This document shows, piece by piece, positions 38,107-50,929 of a stretch of DNA of 64,000 nt. The stretch's first letter is position 1. Each line of letters begins with the position of its first letter. The notes beneath the pieces are model-generated. The model was not told the origin of the DNA. It saw only the letters and a list, made by a program, of their open reading frames with translations, and did not search any database. Source of the DNA: Octopus bimaculoides. Taxonomy: Eukaryota. Position numbers and translations under genes: made by a program. The stretch is taken from contig NC_068984.1 of assembly GCF_001194135.2 (NCBI RefSeq), forward strand, positions 59,285,247 to 59,349,246. The letters are read 5' to 3'.

Positions 38107-39021
38107 TTACATATGGACTTCTCCTTCTTTGTAATTAACTACTGGCTCTTCCCTCTGTTCATCCTCTGCCTTTTCTCTACAAATACGAAACAGATCATAT
38201 GATAATATTCCCATAACTAAGATATTTTTAACAATGAAAGCTGAAAATCCTTGACCAAATTCTTGCCACAGAATCAGTCGAATTGACATGAACAGTAAGT
38301 TAATGACAACAATTTGGATCACTTTTTGCGCAATCATTAAATGTACAAAAATACGTTTACTTTTAAACTCTTGAATATAGAGAATGGTACATGGGAACAT
38401 TGGTATCATTAGATTGCCAACGATGATCACCAATATCATATATACCATACCTTCTGATATTTTTCTTGTTTCTTCTTCTTCATACAATAACTCCATGATA
38501 TCCATTGTATCTAATAAATCTATAGGCACTGTAGCTCCAACTGTATATATAAATGTTTTCAGACTTGTAGGTGTAGTGTCATGTAGGTAAGACATTAGCA
38601 GCAAGAAGAATACAACTGCTGTCAGACCAAACATAGCTCTCAGTGTATTTGCACTATTGATTCCATTTTCATCTTCCATCTCTGTTGCAAAGGAAGTGAA
38701 AACCACTATCAGTTTACTTGATAAAACCAATGCATAAACCACCCAAGTGAGTGGTCCAAAGGGAAAAGTTTGTTTACGCTCAGGGTTTGGTAACTCATAG
38801 CCTTGAAAATGTTTTTTATAGCTAAAGAAAATATGAACAATAAACAGAACTAAGTATACACTATCTGGTATCAACATACACCAATATGTCTGTGTTTCTT
38901 CGTAATGTACCAACTGGTAGTTGACAACAAACATCTGCACCAAGAGAAGTAAAACAATGAATATCCGCAACAGTTTGTGATGCAGGAATTGATAGTTTTT
39001 GATAAATCTTTGTAGCAACAT
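38107..39021 (-). CDS. TMEM121: TMEM121/CECR6 (TMEM121B)-family multipass membrane protein, 304 aa, single coding exon
   Basis: Clean ATG-to-stop ORF with about 7 hydrophobic segments. Motifs WVVYA..SKL, PIDLLDT, VINLLFMSIRL and SAFIVKN resemble the CECR6_TMEM121 family as recalled. The orthology subtype is not resolved. Confidence 0.8.
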   Translation of the reverse strand: MLLQRFIKNYQFLHHKLLRIFIVLLLLVQMFVVNYQLVHYEETQTYWCMLIPDSVYLVLFIVHIFFSYKKHFQGYELPNPERKQTFPFGPLTWVVYALVLSSKLIVVFTSFATEMEDENGINSANTLRAMFGLTAVVFFLLLMSYLHDTTPTSLKTFIYTVGATVPIDLLDTMDIMELLYEEEETRKISEGMVYMILVIIVGNLMIPMFPCTILYIQEFKSKRIFVHLMIAQKVIQIVVINLLFMSIRLILWQEFGQGFSAFIVKNILVMGILSYDLFRICREKAEDEQREEPVVNYKEGEVHM

Positions 39022-39183
39022 GTTGAATAGTCTAATGATGAGGAATCAAATTATACTGCAAGGACTCTTGGAAATACTTGGATTGTGTCTGCTAAAAGAT
39101 GTTGAGTCTGTAATTATTTAGATTTATTCCATCTTTATATTGATATCTGCTTTAGTGCTTGCATTTTCTTTTTTTCAAATTTT
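39022..39183 (-). other. 5' UTR part of the TMEM121-like coding exon, starting at a strong splice acceptor
   Basis: Minus strand reads T-run (about 15 nt) + CAG at 39186-39184, so an upstream non-coding exon is implied. Confidence 0.7.
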
Positions 39184-39984
39184 CTGAAAAAAAAAAAAAA
39201 ATTCAGTTTTGTAATATTGTGTGTTGTAAGAGGAAGCTAAGTAGCTTTCAAAATTTCATTATGAGTCAAAAGGCATATTTTCATTTTTTATACCTATCTA
39301 TATTATGATGGAGAAAGCTGTTTATTAATTAGGTATGTAACAGTTACTAAAAGAAAGCTTGACTGTCTGGAAATTTTTTTATAAATTCATGTTCCAAGAA
39401 ATTTCCTGTAATTTCGATTTCTGAAGTTTATTGAATATTTGAACTTCAAGTTCTTCACAAATTTAAATATTCATTGCATTCACTGTGGAGTAGATTTCAT
39501 AAACAATATTAATTCATTACCAGCGAAATTTTCCCTTTTTATTTTTAGCAGTCTCTCATTCTTACTCGCCTGTATTTTCATTAATGATAATTTAATATAT
39601 ATTCATTTCAATGTTTCCATTTCAAGTTTTAATTCACTATTTGCAAAACGCACAGTTTATTCTATATATGTAATGAAAAAAAATTATTTATTGAATAAAT
39701 GAATGCTATTAGACAAAATAGCTGTATAACTCCGAGGTTTATTTTTGATAAAATGAAAATTTTTTAATATACTGATATTTTTTTTTTTTTCTTTAAATTC
39801 AAAAGTGATTTTGTTGGTATGGCTGTTTGGAACACTATAAGCCTTACAATAATAACTATGTTATTGCTGCTATTCCTACCAGTCTTTCTGTTAGTCTTTA
39901 TAAAAGAAGTAATGACACAAAAATGAGCCCACACCTACAGAAGGTTTTCTGTTATATTGTTGGTGTTCTATTTAGTCCCATATC

Positions 39985-40145
39985 ACTACACTCTCTGAGT
40001 GGTTGGCGTTAGGAAGGACATCCAGCTGTAGAAACTCTGCCAAATCAGATTGGAGCCTGGTGTAGCCATCTGGTTTCACCAGTCCTCAGTCAAATCGTCC
40101 AACCCATGCTAGCATGGAAAGCGGACGTTAAACGATGATGATGAT
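39985..40145 (+). mobile_element. Young RTE-related SINE copy, nearly identical to 62995-63170 and 63675-63825
   Basis: gagtggttggcgttaggaagg.catccagctgtagaaactctgccaaatcagattggagcctgg...ggaaagcggacgttaaacgatgatg. Confidence 0.85.
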
Positions 40146-40489
40146 CAGCCCTAATTGAGCTGATCAGTGATCAAAAACACCCCAATTTCCTTCATTTTTT
40201 TAACATAGTAGGGTGTGATTGAAGTATTTGACTGCTCTTTTTAGTTAGCTGAGTGACTACATAGAGATTCCAATATTGGCTTGTACTTTGTTGTATGTTA
40301 GTAACTGGTCATTCTATCCTTCTTACCTTATATTTATTGAAGCAGAAATTAATGTCAAATCTTTACTGAAGCTATTTGATTTGAATGAACATTGGCTGCT
40401 ATTTGTAGCAAGTCAAAGAAACTCCTTCTTTGGCTTTGAGACATTTTTAAAACTTTAATAATAATACTGCTGATGATTTCTGATAATTA

Positions 40490-41823
40490 TCTATATATAA
40501 AAAAATGAGAATGTGTGTCTGTCTGTCTGTCTGTGTGAATCCCTAAAACTCGAGAACTACGCAACCAATTTCATTCAAATTTTACACATGCCTTACTTAG
40601 GGTTCCAGTTGTGTTTTAGTCAAAAAAAATTATTAACTTCTTGCAGAGTTCGAGCACACGGCAACATAATATCTCCTCCACTATTTAAGTATTACGTGTC
40701 AAAAGTGAAACAAAAACACTCATGTCAAATACTTTCACTTTAAAAATGAAACTATTCCACTAACTGAAACAATCACATTTCGATACTGTAGATACTTTCA
40801 CAGAGAGAGAAAGAGAGAAAGAGAGATGTATATGTATACATATACATGNNNNNNNNNNNNNNNNNNNNNNNNNNNNNNNNNNNNNNNNNNNNNNNNNNNN
40901 NNNNNNNNNNNNNNNNNNNNNNNNNNNNNNNNNNNNNNNNNNNNNNNNNNNNNNNNNNNNNNNNNNNNNNNNNNNNNNNNNNNNNNNNNNNNNNNNNNNN
41001 NNNNNNNNNNNNNNNNNNNNNNNNNNNNNNNNNNNNNNNNNNNNNNNNNNNNNNNNNNNNNNNNNNNNNNNNNNNNNNNNNNNNNNNNNNNNNNNNNNNN
41101 NNNNNNNNNNNNNNNNNNNNNNNNNNNNNNNNNNNNNNNNNNNNNNNNNNNNNNNNNNNNNNNNNNNNNNNNNNNNNNNNNNNNNNNNNNNNNNNNNNNN
41201 NNNNNNNNNNNNNNNNNNNNNNNNNNNNNNNNNNNNNNNNNNNNNNNNNNNNNNNNNNNNNNNNNNNNNNNNNNNNNNNNNNNNNNNNNNNNNNNNNNNN
41301 NNNNNNNNNNNNNNNNNNNNNNNNNNNNNNNNNNNNNNNNNNNNNNNNNNNNNNNNNNNNNNNNNNNNNNNNNNNNNNNNNNNNNNNNNNNNNNNNNNNN
41401 NNNNNNNNNNNNNNNNNNNNNNNNNNNNNNNNNNNNNNNNNNNNNNNNNNNNNNNNNNNNNNNNNNNNNNNNNNNNNNNNNNNNNNNNNNNNNNNNNNNN
41501 NNNNNNNNNNCAACTGTATGTTGGCTGCTCAAGAGTGGGCAGCAACAAAAAACCTATTTGTATATGCTCCACAAGGGAAAACAAGGAACATAGTTTACAA
41601 TGAGGTGTTATAATCACAACAGCAAGAAAGTATGTACATGATCACCTTCTTTTACGAAACTTCATTGACTTTCATATATTTATATTGATATACATATATA
41701 TACATGTGTTTGGGTGCGTGTGTGTATATACATCTCTATATATAAAGATGATGCGTAGTCTAGACGGCGTTTTTAGATTTCATTATTCTCTTTAACCCGG
41801 GCAACGCCGGGTATTTCTGCTAG
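40490..41823 (+). mobile_element. Helitron, internally deleted, with RepHel helicase C-terminus remnant
   Basis: 5' A|TC start. 3' hairpin acccgg...ccgggt at 41795-41812, then CTAG|T. 41511-41613 reads QLYVGCSRVG / NLFVYAPQGKTRNIVYNEVL*. Spans the N gap. Confidence 0.88.
40849..41510. other. Assembly gap (others at 6363-6372, 15047-15056, 55293-55847)
   Basis: Runs of N. Confidence 1.
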
Positions 41824-42159
41824 TCTATAATATTATTCTGCTTGTTATCACATGTTTAAAAGTTATGTTTATGTGTCCTTAACTGTTGAAGAAAACTGAT
41901 GACAGTCAAAATCTTTTAACACAATAAAATAAGAGATACCGTAATTGAAAAGCAAGGGTTGGCAACTCGAAGGGCATCCAGCTGTAGAATACTGCTTGGA
42001 AAAGTCTTGTTCATCTATGCCAACATGTCAATACAATGATGCTGATTATTATTATCATTACTATGTTTTGACTTTCGTCAGAGGCTGCTTAGCTTAATGG
42101 TACAGCTGGCACCAGAGATACAGTGTTCAATTCTCTGCAGCCATCTACTGGCAGCTATT

Positions 42160-42597
42160 AAGGTGGCAAGCTGGCAGAATCGTTAGCATGCCAGGGGAAA
42201 TGCTTAGTGGCATTTCGTCCATCTATACGTTCTGAGTTAAAATTCTGTTAAGATTGACTTTGCTTTTCATTCTTTGGGGATTGATAAATTAAGTACCAGT
42301 GAAACACTGGGGTCAATGTAATCGACTTAGCCCTTCCCCCAAAATGTTAGGCCTTGTACCTATAGTAGAAAGGATTATTGTTATTAAGGCAATGAGCTGA
42401 CTGAATCATTAGCATGCCAGGGAAAATGCTTAGCGGCATTTTATCCATCTTTATGTTCTGAGTTCAAATTCCACCATGATTGACTTTGCCTTTCATTGTT
42501 TCAGGGTCAATAAATTAAGTACCAGTGAAGCACTGGAGTCAATGTAATTGACTTACCCTATCCCATCAAATTTCAGGCCTTGTGCCTATAATAGGTT
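42160..42597 (+). mobile_element. Two tandem Nin/Deu-like SINEs; the array resumes at 46005-46445 after a LINE insertion
   Basis: Same unit as the 24.6-26.2 kb array. Confidence 0.85.
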
Positions 42598-45500
42598 ATG
42601 TTTTGGCTTTACTTATACAAGCTGCACCTGATTCTGAACCAGAGATGTCAAGAGACAATGAGATTTTGCATCTGAAGATGCTAAGAGGTGAAATGCTATG
42701 CAATTGAAAAAACTGATGCTTGTGTGTTAAAAAAAAATTTAATAATACTGAATGAGTAAGATTGCATTTACAAGAAAGGAATTTACATAAAATATGTGGT
42801 GTACCCATAAGTATGATTTTTTGCAATTCACCAGGAATTTGGTCTACATATTTGTTTGCTCCTTTTGATCTCATTCCAAAGCCCTGGTAGCAATAGGTAA
42901 TACTGTTGCTTTGAGATGCCACATTCTTGATTTTAATCTCCAAGGTCTTATAGGTACTCAATTTCTCAAATGTTTTCAGAGTTGTTGTTTTTTTTTTGTC
43001 AGCTGGGACTGTGACATCAATCAAAAGACTCCTTTTTGGCAGGAGTTTTTGCAATGAAATCTTGTTTGTTAGTCTGTATTTCATAAACAGTTTGAACACT
43101 GAAATTCCAAAAGGCAGTAACTTCATCATTCTTGTGGCAGCTTATGTTCCCACCTATTATCTTTGTGTGAGAGGTTGCATGTGCAGTATATTGATCAGTG
43201 GATGTACTGAGCTGCCCAGTCATGTCTTTACAAGCACTCCATTGGTTCCAGTCAGCCACATCCAGAGATTATGCAGTCGGTTGTCTCTCTGGATGTTCTC
43301 AGCATACACATCATGATGGATTGCTTTCATGTTTCGGAAGGCATTAATCCTGAGCAGGAATAATACACTCTTCATTTCCTGGTTTGAGACCAGAGTATGT
43401 CAACCACTGACGGGTAAGGGTTTGGTCTACATGAGGGTTCCTGACTTTAATTGGGTATTTGCCCCCATTTCTCTTTAGTGTATTGGAGGCTGGTTTGTTT
43501 GGCTATATTTTTTATTTATTTTGCCTTGTCAGTTGGGGACACATTTTCTTTGGACACTGATTCATCTAGCTGCATTTCTTGAAGGTATATTTTTGTGTTT
43601 TCCTTCAATTAGTGCAATTTTTTGATATCATCATGCTTTACATCCAGTCATTTGCTTGTTGCAGGTAGGCTGAGAGTTTGGTGGTTGCAATTTTCAATGA
43701 TAGTTAAGATTGTATTAACTTCCTAACTGCCTTCTTTTCTTGGAAGATATATTCAGTCTGCCTCTACTTTGTGGTGATGGATTGTTATCAGCTTTCAGAT
43801 TTTGATATCAAAGGTGGACCAGTTTATAACATTGAATTAGTATATGATTACAAGCATAGTCTGTATGTTTATGGCCTCAATTTTGCTTTTGACACTCAAC
43901 TCAGGATAACTCTTACTCTATGATAGCACTCCTTGCTTATCTTTTCTCTAATTTTGTAGTTTTTAATTCCAACTCCTTTACAGACTCTTAGATACTTATA
44001 ACTGCCCTCAGGTTCTAATTCTTTATTTTAGTATATCTAGGGTGACGTTGCATGTATTTTATAGTTTTTCCTTACCAAATGCAGCCTTGGTGCATTTGTC
44101 AAGCCCAAATTCCATTTTGATATCACTAAATTGTTTGATTGTGTGAAGGAATGCTTGCAGTTGTTGATCAATTTTTGCAAGTCATTCATGTAGAGAAGAT
44201 GGGTTTTCCATACATTTTGTAACCATAATTTGTTTCATTCAGGGTCTAGGGGAAACAGTGCTAAACAGAATGGCAAAGGAGGTAATGAGTTTTCTTGAAA
44301 GATTCCACAATTAATATTAACTTCTCTGAAGTTTGTAGTTGTTGTGCCTGTAGAATTAATGTCATTTTCAGAGTTTCATGATGTTAGATAAAAAAAATTC
44401 CTGATTTATTGGTGAAATTTTGAATATCTCCAGGCATTCTTGTATCCATCTGTGCCTTTTTGTAATCTGTCCTGGCCACTGAAAGATGTTTTTTCCTGCT
44501 GTGGCAGTCATCAAGAATCATTTTATTAATTAACAGTTGACCCTACCATCCAAATGGCCCACATTTACACCCTTTTCATCCATCAGGGTAAATGTTGTTG
44601 ATGATGTGGAATGCATACACCATTCCATTAGGGCAGATGTAAGAATCTTGTACATTGTTGTAAGGTATGTTATGGGTCTGTAGTTCTTAGGGATTTTTGT
44701 TTCCTCATTTTGGGGGAGCAAAAGAAGTGATACCATTGGGGTCATTTGTGGTTCCTTCATAATTACATTGTTAATGCAGTAAGTTAGCATTTTATACAAA
44801 TTAGTAAAGATATTTAAGTCTATAGTTTGGGATCTTAACCTTACCAAGTGACAACCATTTACTAGACATTTTCAGTGTAAGTCTGACATCTGCACCGATC
44901 CCTTCCCATATTTGCTCTTCTATAAGCTCAGTGTTTTGTTTTTGTCTGAAACTCCATGGGGTATCACAGTTATGCTTCTTCTCATCTGTCCGAACTTTAC
45001 TCCAGGACTCTGGGGTAAAGGAGATTCTATTTTGATTGTGTTCTTTCTAATGTGCCCATAGTAGAGTTACATGTCTTAATGGTTAGGGTATTGAATTTAT
45101 GATCATGAGATTGTGAATTTGGTTCCTGGACCAGATGACACGTTGTGTTCTTGAGCAAAACACTTCATTTCACATTGCTCCAGTCCACTCACCTGGCAAA
45201 AATAAGTAATCCTGTGATGGACCAGTGTCCTGTTCAAGTAGGGAATATTTACGCCATGGAAACCAGGAAACTGGCCCTTATGTGTCGGTATGACCCAAGA
45301 GGGAAACCAAACTAATGTGCCTATAGAAATTCCTTGGCTTATTTGGAAGCAATATTATCTTGGATTGTTTTTCAAAATGGTGTAATTGTGCAGTTTTGGT
45401 CAGCACTTTCTGTCTTATCTTCCCCATCACTTCAGCAAACTGGTGTTTAGACTTTAATTTATATTTTCTCATTATCTTTCTAGTTTTATGTTATGGCTAT

Positions 45501-46000
45501 TGCTTAAGTTTTTCAGTATTACTATATCTGATCAAAGAGCATTGATTTGTTTCTTGATTTTTTCTTGTTTTTTTTTTTTTATTTATCACTTTATTTTTCA
45601 GTTTTATGTCACACGTTTTGGTGCAGACTATAGCAGCAGCAGCATAGACAAACTCATTTATAATAGTCTTAAGGGCCATGTCTGCCTGATAGATTGTTTT
45701 GGCATTTTTTGTTACTATTGCAAATCTGAGGAAGGTCACTGCATTCCTTCATGTCCATATTTCGGACTCAGAGCCATTCATCAATTTTTTCTTCAAGTTC
45801 TGTCAGATCACTCGTCTTGATATCAACATTATTTATTTCTGCTAAATTGTAGGTAATTTCATGACCATGTTCCTCTACAATGGTTTGTTCTCCAGGGAAT
45901 ATATTTATGTTGTTTTTTTATTGTGTGTCATATTTTATTTACTTCTTCCTGCAAAGGTTTTTTTTTCTGCTTTGGCTTTAACATCTTAATGGCTGTTGTT
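42598..46000 (-). mobile_element. Decayed R4/Dong-like (RLE) non-LTR retrotransposon
   Basis: RT motif PKNYRPITYLTTMYKILTS, CCHC-region remnant (TTDCIISGC...RHD), and RLE motif LLIDVTVP.D...FEKLSTYKTLEI...ELQKIILMGTPHIL. A SINE is inserted at 45060-45300. Confidence 0.9.
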
Positions 46001-48734
46001 GTTATTTCATGAGCTGACAGAATCATTAGCATGCTGAGCAGAATGCTCAGTGGCTTTTGATTCTTCTTTACATTCTGAGTTCAAATTCCACTGAGGTCAA
46101 CTTTGCTTTTCATCCTTTCAAGGTCAATAAAATAAATACCAGTCAAGTACTGAGGGGGCGGCGGTTGATGCAATCAACTAGCCTCCTCCCGCAAAGTTTC
46201 AGGCCTTGTGCCTATAGTAGAAAGGATTGTTGTTATTTTTTAGGGTGGTGAATTGGCAGAATCATTAAAGCATTAGAGAAAATGCCATTGCAGTATTTCT
46301 TTCAACTCCCTATGTTCTGAATCTAATTCCTGCCTAGGTCAATTTCAGTTTTCCATTAAAACAGTATCAGTCAAGTACTAAGGCTCATTTCATCAACTAA
46401 CCCCCTCTTCAAAATTGTTCTTTCGCTAGAAACAATTATTATTTTGTTGTTCCTAAATCTCTCAATGAGAGATATTCAGTAGCAGCACTTTGAAGTAACA
46501 ATTTTTTGTCAACCTAATGTGGCAGTCCCATTTTAATTAATTTGTTCTTTTGTTGGAAACAGCTGTTTTAATTAATGTGTTCTTTTGTTAGAAACAATTA
46601 TTATTTTAATGAATTTGCCATATTTTTCTTATCTAGATAAACTCTTGTAACATGTTCAGTTCAAATATATTTATTTCCTTCTGTTAATTACTGTTAATTT
46701 GTAATTCTGTTAATTACAAATAATATGACTAAGATTTAAATTACTGTTAAATCATATAGAGAGACTTCTGTTGTTGTTAATCCCAGACTCAGCTTTTATT
46801 GTGTAGACTTACTATCAAAGGCATTCCAAACATGACCACTCCAAATTTTTAGTGGGGTTCATATCATTTCATGTTCTTTCCTTATTTGACCCTTTTGCTG
46901 TTGAAATATACTACCTCTCTTTCAATTTATTTTGAAAATAGCGAAGAGTTTTGTAAAATAACTTTGTCACTATTTGATGGAAGGCTTTAATTTAGATCCC
47001 TTTAAAACAAAGAGTTTCTAACATAATTACCAGGGCAGTTTTTGGCAGGCTGGTATCAAAAGGGTTAAGACAGTAGGTATGATTTGAGGGCAATCTGTTT
47101 CCATTTCTAGCCAACGAAGTGTCCAGATACAAGCTTCTTGTTAGATCAGAATGGGTTATATGGTTAACACTGTTTAAGCACTACTGCAGTATGCTTAAAC
47201 AAGGTTTCTGGAGGTTTCTGAATTGTGTGATGTTGGTATGAAGATGACTTTGTTGACATAGTCGTTTTTATTGATTGTAATAAATTTGAATAGGTGTTTT
47301 CCCCATTTCAAAAGCAACAAAACTGTTTTGAAAAACTACTTTTTTTTTTCATTTTTGCTTTATTTATTTCATTTCTACTATCTGCTTCAAACAGTTTGAT
47401 GTAACAATATACCCCACAGCACTTATGGGTGTATCTAATAAATATACAAGTTTGTCAAAAGCATGCTAAAGCCAGTCTATTTAGAAAATTATACTGGTTC
47501 TGATGGGAAATTAGAACTAAAATAAACAAAAATACTTTTCTCTCACTTTCCACTGGAAAAGAAAATAATTTCTGAAATCTTTATTGTTTGTATCAGTCTT
47601 TATTATACTTTTCATTCTAACATTTGAGAAGGTTTCACTTTGTTAAATAATATATTTTTTAGACCGTATAATGTATAAAAGTTACGCATTTCTACTCTAT
47701 TTAAAATAAGACTGTATATGGTGAAGATAACTAAAATAAATACTACTAAATCAAGAAAAATACAAATATCTGTTTGATTTTAGTATATTTTCAAAAACTG
47801 AAGCTTCAGATTTTCATTTATATTTTTCATTTGTTTATTATTGACAGATAAGATTCAGCTTCTTTATACACCATGCTTAAGGTTACCATTCTAAGGGAAC
47901 TATCACTAAATTAAAAATATGGTGTAGAACAAACTGTTAATATATTAACAGTGTTATAATATATACACCAAGTCTACTGTTAGTGGTTGACAGTAGAAAG
48001 GAAATTTTCATTAAACCCTCTCTATATTAAACTTGTAGAGGTGTGGCAAAATACTTACTGATGTTAACTGCATTATCACATTATTGCAAACGTGAGAATT
48101 GATGACTGAACTGGCCTCATTTTATTTTTAGGGAGTATTTAGATGTAAATTTAGTCGCTAATTCTTGTAGACAAAGCAACTATGTGGAGGTTTCTGTTCA
48201 CAGGTAACATGTGAGACAACACAAAATCAAAATATCTAAAATTGAAAGGTCACCTGGAAATGCAAGGAGCATAATTGTTGCTACACCAAACCCCTCACAG
48301 GACATGTCATTACATGTAAAATTGCTTCTTACTACTTATATACACCTACAACACTATCCCTTCCACCCAGTTCATATTAACATACAAAAAGAAGTATCAG
48401 CGTCAATAGCCTCATAAGTCCCAAACATTGTTTGAATGCACATCACAAGAGATATAAGTGTAGAAGAAGAGCAATTATTGCATTGCCTAAATTCACTTTA
48501 CCCACCTCCAGTGAAGTCACCACAAGAATGTAGAGTACAGAATCAGATAGGACAGTGCAAAAAATGCAGTGTCTGCACTGTTTCATTGCTCCCATGCAAG
48601 CAAAAATAAAACACTGTGTGCCAGATTGCATAATATGGCTTTTTTCTAGTTGTGACATAGTATATCTGGAAAGCTCTGCTTGGTCATATTTAGTCTTATA
48701 TCTGAGAACTGAATTTGAATTGAAATAACTATTT

Positions 48735-48970
48735 TTATTTCTTTACTGCCCACAAGGGGCTACACACAGAGGGGACAAACAAGGACAGAGAAACGGATTA
48801 AGTCGATCATATCGACCCCAGTGCGTAACTAGTGCTTATTTAATTGACCCTGAAAGGATGAAAGGCAAAGTTGACCTCAGCAGAATTTGAACTCGGAACA
48901 TTGCGGTAGATGAAATACCGCTAAGCATTTCGCCCAGCTTGCTAACGTTTCTGCCAGTTCACCGCCTTAA
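48735..48970 (-). mobile_element. Full-length Nin/Deu-like tRNA SINE with cccttgtgggcagtaaagaaa tail
   Basis: Reverse complement reads aaggcggtgaactggcagaaacgttagc...gttccgagttcaaattctgctgaggtcaactttgcctttcatcc. Confidence 0.85.
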
Positions 48971-49907
48971 TTGAAATAGCTATTCTATGAATTCATATTG
49001 ATGCAGTTGCAAGCATGAATTTGCAGGGTTATAGATGGCCAGTTCAATTGGATATTGGTGTTGATGAAATTAATGGCAAGTTGTTTGTGTTTAATCAGCA
49101 ATATGGGATTTGAGAAAGATATTTAACTTTCAAACTACTACTTCCATGGTTATTTATTATTTCATTAGTTTTAATTACTTTAGGGTAAAGTAGCCACACA
49201 CACACACATTCTAAACAATAGGAGGCAATTTAAACCGTCAGGTTGTTTTGTTTGGGATCATATCACCTCAAGTTTATTCATAAGGGAAGTACATCTCAAT
49301 AGTAGGTCTTACCTAAAATGTGACCCGCAACCCCAAATTCCATCAATATTATGGAAACGGTCAAACTCAATGTTCAAACAAATGCAACGGCATTTTCTAT
49401 TTTAAAATTATTTCAAATCATCTATATGTTTATCATCTCTTGGTACAGTTTATTTTTGTTTAAAGTCAATTCAAGTCATGGTCGTACCTGGCATTATGTG
49501 AACAATGAGTCAATTGATCAGTTAAGTTCACTTTCTACAAGGATTCACAACACAGCATTTTTAAATGTCACATCTTTAATTCAGTCATTGTTCTTTAAGG
49601 TGACTGCTATAGAAAATTAATATTAGCCTTCTTTATTGATAAGTGTTAACTAAAATATTTTCTTAAGAATAGAGTAAATGTCACAGTGTGTATTTTGCCA
49701 ATGTTGATATAACAGTCTTATAACATTTACTTCAGTCCACACAAATACCTTTAGGTAGAATTACTTTGTAGGTCAGTTATACTGTAATTCATGTTAATAT
49801 ATAAATACTTGATTATCAGATCCATCTATAAATAAAACCATTTTCACACATAATGTGTAATGTCTTGATGCATTAAAAGGATTTTCTTACTGAACTGAGT
49901 TCTATCT

Positions 49908-49938
<31 letters not shown>

Positions 49939-50929
49939 CGTGGCAAGAGAGTGCAGAGAGGACTAAGTCATTGAATAAATGAGACATATATTTTAAGATA
50001 TATATTTTATTGGTTTTTATCATTGTACTAGCTTTAAACGTTTAGTTAACCATATCGTCTCTTGTAATTTCAGTCCTGTACTTTATCAATCCCATATTGT
50101 GAAACTGCTCAGTTAAAGTATATAAAGGAACACTAACATAAACAAATCGCACACGCACACATACACACAGTGGGCATTTAAACAGCTTCCATCAATGAAA
50201 TTCCACTTAGAAGGTATTGCTCAACCTGAAGCTATAGTCAAACCCTGAAACAGGTTCTTCTGAAGCAGACTTCATGGCTACACAGCCATGCTCTCTGCCT
50301 CCCCCCTCTGTCTCTCTCTCTCACACACACACATGTGTGCAGGCATGTTGGTTAGTGTGGTCATGGCTATGTGGTTAAGAAGGTTGCTTCCCAACCACAT
50401 GGTTTCAGGTTCAGCCCCACTGTGTGGCACCTTGAATAGGTATCTTCTACTGAAGTTTTTGGGCCAACCAAAGCCTCATGAGTGGATTCGGTAGACAGAA
50501 ACTGAATGATGCTTGGCGTGTGTGTATGCGTGTGGATATATAAATATCACGGTATTGACCAAACTATTGGATGTTGTTATACATCGCTAGTCACAATGCT
50601 CTTTGCATTATTTTAGCTCTTGAATAATGTCACCCTGCTGGCTAGGCAAGCAGTCCAACATTCCCCCTTGATCTGAAGGCTATTCCATCGCAGGGTTGCC
50701 CATTTACAGTGATTTGCTCGGGAGCACAGCACACTACTCAGTTCAGGAATCAAACCCACAGTCTAGTGATCGTGAGCCTAACACCCTAACCACTAGGCCA
50801 CGCAGTGTCAATGCAGGACAAATGATATAGAAAGGGGCTCAAAAAGACCTACTTTTTACTCACATCTATCCAATTTGAATTTAATAATATATATTCAGTT
50901 GGGTAAAAAGGAAAAAAAAAAAAAAACAT

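Noticed and set aside
40760-41617. Long ORFs in the supplied track here and at 55062-56148
   Set aside because: These are artefacts of N runs. Only the flanking Helitron and RLE residues are meaningful.
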